From an uncultured Collinsella sp. (GTDB lineage: Bacteria; Actinomycetota; Coriobacteriia; Coriobacteriales; Coriobacteriaceae): 64,000 nucleotides of DNA. The DNA is taken from assembly GCA_902490065.1 (NCBI GenBank), contig CABUCL010000006.1, forward strand, positions 11,446 to 75,445, read 5' to 3'. The position numbers and the translations under genes were made by a program. Shown in pieces: positions 59,515 to 64,000 of this stretch (positions within the stretch are counted from its first letter, which is position 1; each line of letters starts with the position of its first letter). Below the pieces are notes generated by a model that had not been told where the DNA came from, ran no database searches, and saw nothing but the letters and a program-made list of their open reading frames with translations.

Positions 59515-60729
59515 TTACCGTGCATTAAAAACGTAGCGGTCCAAGCGGTCGCACGCTTCCCTTACGCGCGAAAGCGGCAGCGCCAAATTCACGCGAATGT
59601 GGCAGGGCCCGTGGAACGGGCGGCCGTCCTGATACCCCACGCCCACGCGCGCCCCCTCGTCGAGCAACCACTGAATATCGCGGCCATGCTCGCGGCACCA
59701 CTCGGTGCAGTCCAGAAACACCATGTACGTGCCCTGCGGACGCGAAAACGCGACGCCCTTCCAGTGTTTTTCTGCATACGTGCAGAAGTACTCGATGTTG
59801 CCGGCAAGCACCTGGTTGAGCTCGTCCACCCACTCGTAGCCCTGCGGCTGATAGGCACCAATAAGCGCATGCATGGAGAGGACATTCATCTCGTTGTAGT
59901 GAGTCTTGTCGGACACGGCGCACATGCGGTCACGCAGCGTCTCGTTGTAGACAATGTGGTAGCTGCCGACCAGGCCCGCCAGGTTGAACGTCTTGCTGGG
60001 CGCGTAGAGGGCAACCGTACGCATGCGGGCATCCTCGCTCACCGACTGCGTCGGGATATGCTTGTGCCCCGGCAGAATGATATCGGACCAAATCTCGTCC
60101 GAGATCACCACGCAATCGTGCTGGCGATAGATGTCCATGGCGCGCTCGATCTCGTCGCGCTCCCATACGCGGCCGCAGGGATTGTGCGGCGAGCAGAACA
60201 CCGCGGCATGGATGTGGTTTTGGGCGAGCTTGTGCTCCATGTCCTCAAAGTCCATACGCCACACGCCTTGATCGTCGAGCTTAAGCGGGCTGTGGACAAT
60301 ACGATAGCCCGCGGCTTCGATGGATTTGGTAAAGCCGATGTAGGTGGGGCTATGGACCAGCACCGCATCGCCCGGCTGGACATACGCGCGCAACGTCGAC
60401 ACGACACCGCCCAGCACGCCGTTTTCGTAGCCGATATGCTCCGGTGCCAAGCCCTCAACGCCATTGCGGCGCCTCTGCCATTCGATGATGCGGTCGAAGT
60501 ACTCGGGGCGCGGATTGAAATAGCCAAACATGGGGTGCTGGGCGCGCTGAATGATGTACTCCTGGACCGTGGGCACCGTGGCAAAGTTCATGTCGGCCAC
60601 CCACATGGGTATGCGGTCGAAGCCCTCGTCGGGTGCGTTCGGGGCCATACCGGGGACTTCGCCCCAAGAGTCAACGGCAATGGAGTCCATGCCGTGGCGG
60701 TCGATAAGCGAGCTAAAGTCGTATTTCAT
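59515..60729 (-). CDS. MalY/PatB-family PLP enzyme (cystathionine beta-lyase-like)
   Basis: PMWVADMNF, CSPHNPCGRVW, SDEIW and APSKTFNLAGL motifs. Confidence 0.92.
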   Translation of the reverse strand: MKYDFSSLIDRHGMDSIAVDSWGEVPGMAPNAPDEGFDRIPMWVADMNFATVPTVQEYIIQRAQHPMFGYFNPRPEYFDRIIEWQRRRNGVEGLAPEHIGYENGVLGGVVSTLRAYVQPGDAVLVHSPTYIGFTKSIEAAGYRIVHSPLKLDDQGVWRMDFEDMEHKLAQNHIHAAVFCSPHNPCGRVWERDEIERAMDIYRQHDCVVISDEIWSDIILPGHKHIPTQSVSEDARMRTVALYAPSKTFNLAGLVGSYHIVYNETLRDRMCAVSDKTHYNEMNVLSMHALIGAYQPQGYEWVDELNQVLAGNIEYFCTYAEKHWKGVAFSRPQGTYMVFLDCTEWCREHGRDIQWLLDEGARVGVGYQDGRPFHGPCHIRVNLALPLSRVREACDRLDRYVFNAR

Positions 60730-60847
60730 GCTGAGCTCCCGTGCAAAGTAGGCTGTTTCGATAGGCGTTATTGTCCACCAGCGTAGGCGATTTTGGCATG
60801 GGGTTTGGCGCTTAATTTGACGGGTGCAGACGGATGGCTGGTTAGCC

Positions 60848-61579
60848 TTACGCGTCGTTGACGGCGACTACGGTTAGCTGGGTTTCATCGACCGTAAAAG
60901 ATATGTCGAGTCCGGCGTAGGCCAAGTGGTAAACGCGGTTTGGCTCGTGCTTGCTGCCCGCGCGGCGCGGATCTTGGCGAAGAACCTCGGCCAGACCGGG
61001 GAGCTTTGCGGGTGGGACCATGTCTTGAAGAGCTTGCGGGAACTCGACGTCGAGCTCTTGCCACGGAGCGTCCTCAATCCAGCCGCCGGTCGCATCCGGA
61101 TGACAGTCCGCAAACGGGATGTAGGGCTTGATATCGTAGATGGGCGTGCCGTCGCGCAGGTCGGCCCCCAACACATGGATGATGGGACCATCGTCGGTAA
61201 GCTCCACGCGGTCGAGCTTGACGCAGGTAAGCCCAATGGGATTAGGGCGAAACGGACTGCGCGTGGCAAAGACGCCCACGCGCTCGGCTCCGCCCAGACG
61301 CGGCGGGCGCACGGTTTTCGACCATTTTGCGTTGGTTCCGGACCTGTCCTGCGTTTTAGCGTCGACGGCAATATCCTTAGCCGTGCCGCCGGGCGTTCCG
61401 TTTTCGAAGCGCCACAGCAGCCACAGGTGAGAGAAGGAGTCTAGGCCCTCAACCGCTGCATTGGAGGCAAATTCCGGCTTAAAGACGATGCGTCCCTGCA
61501 GATGGGGCGCCAAAAAGCTGTTGCGCGGAATGCCGAACTTCTGCGGCAGGTCGGTATGTATGTGTGCAATAGGTTCCAT
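60848..61579 (-). CDS. trmO: tRNA m6t6A37 methyltransferase TrmO/TsaA
   Basis: KFGIPR, VRPPRLGG, GVFATRSPFRPNPIG, DGTPIYDIKPY and QDPR motifs; start taken at 61579, not 62440. Confidence 0.9.
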   Translation of the reverse strand: MEPIAHIHTDLPQKFGIPRNSFLAPHLQGRIVFKPEFASNAAVEGLDSFSHLWLLWRFENGTPGGTAKDIAVDAKTQDRSGTNAKWSKTVRPPRLGGAERVGVFATRSPFRPNPIGLTCVKLDRVELTDDGPIIHVLGADLRDGTPIYDIKPYIPFADCHPDATGGWIEDAPWQELDVEFPQALQDMVPPAKLPGLAEVLRQDPRRAGSKHEPNRVYHLAYAGLDISFTVDETQLTVVAVNDA

Positions 61580-61720
61580 GCCGGTCATTGTACGGCATGG
61601 AGGCGTGGGGCGTTGCGCGCAATTCTTCGCCGCGGAGTCCTGTCGTGCAACCAACGGTTGCTTGGAAGGGCGCCTGCCGCCGCGTATGCTTAAGCCATCA
61701 ACCAGCAGAAAGGAGCCGCT

Positions 61721-62548
61721 ATGGCCTTTGCAGAAAAGCTCATTGCCATCCGTCGCGCCCATCATCTTACCCAAGAGCAGCTCGCCGCCAAACTCTTTGT
61801 CACGCGCCAAGCCGTCAGCCGTTGGGAGCGCGACGAGGTCACCCCGGGCATCGACATGATGAAGCTCATTGCCGCCGTAACCGGCGAGCCACTGTCCCAC
61901 CTGCTCGAAATGCCCGAGCACTATTGCCAGAGCTGCGGCATGATACTCACGCCCGACGACTGCGGCACCGATGCCACAGGCGCCACGACCGACCATTACT
62001 GCAAGTGGTGCTACGACCACGGCAAGTACACCTACGACACCACCATGGAGGCAATGATCGAGGATTGTGCCCCGCGCCTGGCACAAAACAACGGCATGTC
62101 GCTCGACGAAGCCGTCTCGCTCATGGGCGCCGTCCTGCCGCAACTGGAGCGCTGGCGCGCCGTGCAAGAAAACGAAGAGCGCTACGGTGCCGAGGCGCGG
62201 GCGCGCCATGGCGATGAGGCTATCGATGCAGCAAACGAAGCGCTGCTGGACATGGACCCCGAGACATGGAACGACATGAAGGAACTTGAACGCGCTGTTC
62301 TGGGCCAGCTTTCGATTGCCATGGGCATTGGCGACCCAGAGAGCAACGAGGCTCGTAAGCTTGTCGCGATGCATCGTCGATGGATTGGCCTTAATTGGGG
62401 ACACGAGCCCAAAGACGAAGCGTACCTGGGCCTCGCCCACGGTTATCTTGCCGACCAGCGCTTTATCGACTACTACGACAAGGCCTGCGGCACCGGAGCC
62501 ACGGCGTTTCTGGTCCAGGCCATCGAGTCGTCGTTGGCGTGCGCATAG
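61721..62548 (+). CDS. XRE HTH + zinc-ribbon + TipAS-like fusion regulator
   Basis: LTQEQLA..VTRQAVSRWE; CQSCGM...YCKWCY; EARARHG...YLADQRF..YYD. Confidence 0.8.
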   Translation: MAFAEKLIAIRRAHHLTQEQLAAKLFVTRQAVSRWERDEVTPGIDMMKLIAAVTGEPLSHLLEMPEHYCQSCGMILTPDDCGTDATGATTDHYCKWCYDHGKYTYDTTMEAMIEDCAPRLAQNNGMSLDEAVSLMGAVLPQLERWRAVQENEERYGAEARARHGDEAIDAANEALLDMDPETWNDMKELERAVLGQLSIAMGIGDPESNEARKLVAMHRRWIGLNWGHEPKDEAYLGLAHGYLADQRFIDYYDKACGTGATAFLVQAIESSLACA

Positions 62549-62601
62549 ACCGCGGTGGCTTTGGGTATTTCAATCGAAACCTCAAACCGATTGGAGACCC
62601 T

Positions 62602-62847
62602 ATGGCTACTAATCACGAGCTCGTGCTCTACGTTATGACCGGCTGCCCGTATTGCATAAAGGTCAAGCGTTTCCTTGCCGATAACGGCGTGACCATTCCC
62701 GAGCGCAATATCTCGACCGATTCCGATGCCGAACAGACACTTATCGCCGTCGGCGGAAAACGCCAGGTTCCCTGCCTGTTCATCGACGGCAAACCACTCT
62801 ACGAATCGAGCGACATCATCGCGTGGGCACAGGAGAACCTGCTCTAG
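62602..62847 (+). CDS. Glutaredoxin
   Basis: CPYC, QVPCLFIDG and YESSDI motifs. Confidence 0.9.
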   Translation: MATNHELVLYVMTGCPYCIKVKRFLADNGVTIPERNISTDSDAEQTLIAVGGKRQVPCLFIDGKPLYESSDIIAWAQENLL

Positions 62848-62854
62848 TGCAACA

Positions 62855-62908
62855 CAGCCATTGGGGACGTTCTTAAATGACTAGTCGTTAAAGAACGTCC
62901 CCAACGAC
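62855..62908. repeat. 27-bp GACTAGTC-junction repeat cluster (2 units, inverted)
   Basis: CATTGGGGACGTTCTTAAATGACTAGTCGTTAAAGAACGTCCCCAACG. Confidence 0.8.
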
Positions 62909-62911
62909 CAA

Positions 62912-63865
62912 CTAGCCGTGGAAGCGGGCTATGGGTGCGAGTGGCTGCTCGCGAAAGACGCGCTCGACGGCGGCGCGGTATTCGTCAACCTTTTTGGTCT
63001 TACGTACGAGCTTGTGAACGGTAGCGGGGTCAGCGAAGGCGCATTTGGCGTAGAACCACCACTCCTTCATGCGAAAGACCGCGTTGCCGCCAATCTCTTC
63101 TGCATATGCCGCAAACAGCGTGTCGTGGAAGCGCTGCAGCTCAGCAGCCGTTGCAGCAGGGCCGCCCTTGACCATGCGAGCCAGCGCGGGGTTCGCAAGC
63201 AAGCCACGCCCCAGCATCACATGGCGTGTACCGGGATAGGCCTCCACCAGCGCGTCCACGTCCTCAAGATCAAAGATGTCGCCGTTGTATGCCACCGGGA
63301 ACGGCGCGCGCTCCAGCGTCTCGCCGTAAAACGCTTTGCGCGGCGAGCCCGTGTAACGATCCTTTTGCACGCGCGGATGCACGATTAGCTCTGCCAGCGG
63401 CATGCGACAGTACAGGTCAAGCACGCGCTCGTATTCGTCGTCACTCTCCAGCCCCAGCCTGGTTTTTACCGACACCGGCAACGGCGAACGTTCGCACACA
63501 TCGCTCAAGAACACTTCGAGCTCGTCCAAGTGGCGCAAAAAGCCCGAGCCCTTGCCCTTGGCGACAACCGTCCCCGAGGGACAACCCAAGTTGAGATTGA
63601 CCTCGCGATAGCCCATGTCGGCGAGCACCTGTGCCGCCCACACAAACTCGTCCGCGTTCTTGGACATCAACTGAGGCACCACGTTGAGCCCCTGGTTATT
63701 GGCAGGATCGATCTCCTTAAACGCCTTGCCGCCAAAGCGGTTTCCCACCCGCGGCGGCGGCAAAAACGGCGTGTAATAGCAATCGAGCGCACCGAAGCAC
63801 TCCGCATGCACGCGACGGAACACATGCCCGGTAATCCCCTCCATAGGGGCAAGCGAAAGAATCAT
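62912..63865 (-). CDS. tRNA-dihydrouridine synthase family protein
   Basis: LAPMEG, NLNLGCP, SVKTRLG, VHPR, YNGDI and MLGRG motifs. Confidence 0.92.
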   Translation of the reverse strand: MILSLAPMEGITGHVFRRVHAECFGALDCYYTPFLPPPRVGNRFGGKAFKEIDPANNQGLNVVPQLMSKNADEFVWAAQVLADMGYREVNLNLGCPSGTVVAKGKGSGFLRHLDELEVFLSDVCERSPLPVSVKTRLGLESDDEYERVLDLYCRMPLAELIVHPRVQKDRYTGSPRKAFYGETLERAPFPVAYNGDIFDLEDVDALVEAYPGTRHVMLGRGLLANPALARMVKGGPAATAAELQRFHDTLFAAYAEEIGGNAVFRMKEWWFYAKCAFADPATVHKLVRKTKKVDEYRAAVERVFREQPLAPIARFHG

Positions 63866-64000
63866 CTACTCTTCTCTCATATCAACGGATGTGACAAAGG
63901 AACCGCCCCCTTGTTACATGCATTATGCCTTGTGCTTCAGATGATTCACAAGGCAGAGGTAGCTGCTTGACGATAATCACCCTTCCATCCGTCGCCTTAC

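Noticed and set aside
61580..62440. N-terminal extension making TrmO a 530-aa fusion
   Set aside because: The extension is the antisense shadow of the XRE-TipAS gene; TrmO motifs begin at 61579.

Overview
High-GC bacterial chromosomal segment whose gene content (bile salt hydrolase, LAxTG-anchored surface proteins, thiM/thiE) suggests a gut Coriobacteriia genome such as Collinsella; this assignment is inferred, not searched. Most of the window is housekeeping, transport and regulation: Kup, two NCS2 permeases, three EamA transporters, MATE, ClC, a K+ channel, a TPP-riboswitch thi operon, a MetE-like enzyme, prfC, ung, several RNA-modification enzymes, two GGDEF proteins and a hybrid histidine kinase. 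No rRNA, tRNA or canonical CRISPR-cas was seen. Main unexplained structures: (1) an exactly phased array at 49801-50095, with a 15-bp motif alternating orientation every 40 bp and 25-bp spacers; (2) a probable preQ1 riboswitch controlling a VUT transporter plus an uncharacterised SDR oxidoreductase; (3) two tandem adhesin cassettes, each preceded by the 3' end of the NCS2 gene (the second copy differs only at synonymous sites), with a frameshifted anchor in the first adhesin; (4) an accessory block at about 27.6-36.4 kb with a resolvase, an unknown protein with DUF4230, a class-II UvrA and two AAA-wHTH paralogues, each behind helically phased direct repeats; (5) several families of dispersed palindromic repeats, a deformylase lacking its catalytic Glu, and an unannotated 47-aa membrane peptide.
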